The notes under the pieces: model-generated
What the model saw: the letters and a program-made list of their open reading frames with translations, nothing else
What the model was told of the DNA's origin: nothing
Databases searched by the model: none
Source of the DNA: Vicugna vicugna
Taxonomy: Eukaryota
Direction of reading: 5' to 3'
Assembly: GCA_013265495.1 (NCBI GenBank)
Contig: MU057487.1
Location: 434,001 to 498,000 of the forward strand
DNA: 64,000 nucleotides
Shown here: in pieces, positions 63,478-64,000 of the stretch
Layout of the letters: each line of letters opens with the position of its first letter
Position numbering within the stretch: position 1 is the stretch's first letter
Position numbers and translations under genes: made by a program

Positions 63478-64000
63478 AAAAGCCTTAGAAATAGTGCAAG
63501 CTGAAGGAAACAACGGAGTGTACTAAGGGGTGTGTATGAAGGGGTAGTAACAAAAAGAATTAACGTGAATGAATGATTGATTGAGTGTCTTTGTGTATGT
63601 GTGTGTGTGTGAAGAGGAGGCTTAGAGGGATGAAGGAGCTGAACTTAAAATGTTGATGAAGAATAGGGCTGTTCAGCTGAATTATCCAATCTCTCTTTTG
63701 TTTGTTGACTCTGATGCTTGGATAATTCTTGAGCTGTCCACCTTCATTTGATAGATCTTGAGAGTTCCAGAACTCCGGTTTATTGCTAGGAGAACGCAGT
63801 TAATAGGATGATAAAATTCTTTTTCTTAAAGTCAATGAAAATATCAGAAAAATAATCTAAGCTATATTTTCTCTCAATATGTATAATCTTAAGGCCTTCT
63901 GTTAAATCTCAAGAGTGTTGAACTTTATCTTGAAGTTAATAGAAAACTATTGATTTTGATTCACTCAGATAAAATAAGAACTGTTCCCTGACGAATCTTC

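Noticed and set aside
1..64000. Named host gene, tRNA/rRNA/snRNA genes or processed pseudogenes
   Set aside because: None recognised by eye; a genome BLAST or liftover is needed to identify the locus.

Overview
This is AT-rich, CpG-depleted placental-mammal genomic DNA (intronic or intergenic), not prokaryotic sequence. A large share is decayed interspersed repeats: L1 and L2 LINEs, MIR SINEs, MaLR/ERVL/ERV1 LTR elements, and hAT/Tigger DNA transposon fossils. The young L1 3' ends look cetartiodactyl, and I saw no Alu, Bov-tA/BovB, PRE-1 or SINEC, so a camelid origin is my inference. I recognise no intact protein-coding gene. The ORFs with recognisable homology are broken L1 ORF2 pieces and gag/pro/RT remnants of an ERVL (HERV16/LTR16-like) provirus at about 16.9-19.9 kb. 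The best non-repeat candidates are a CpG-retaining promoter/first-exon-like segment at about 24.0-24.55 kb carrying a 56-aa sORF, a few splice-site-bounded putative exons, an RFX X-box and one miRNA-like hairpin; all are unverified. I found no convincing novel biological system. Repeat family names come from recalled consensus similarity, and boundaries are approximate unless target-site duplications (TSDs) are given.
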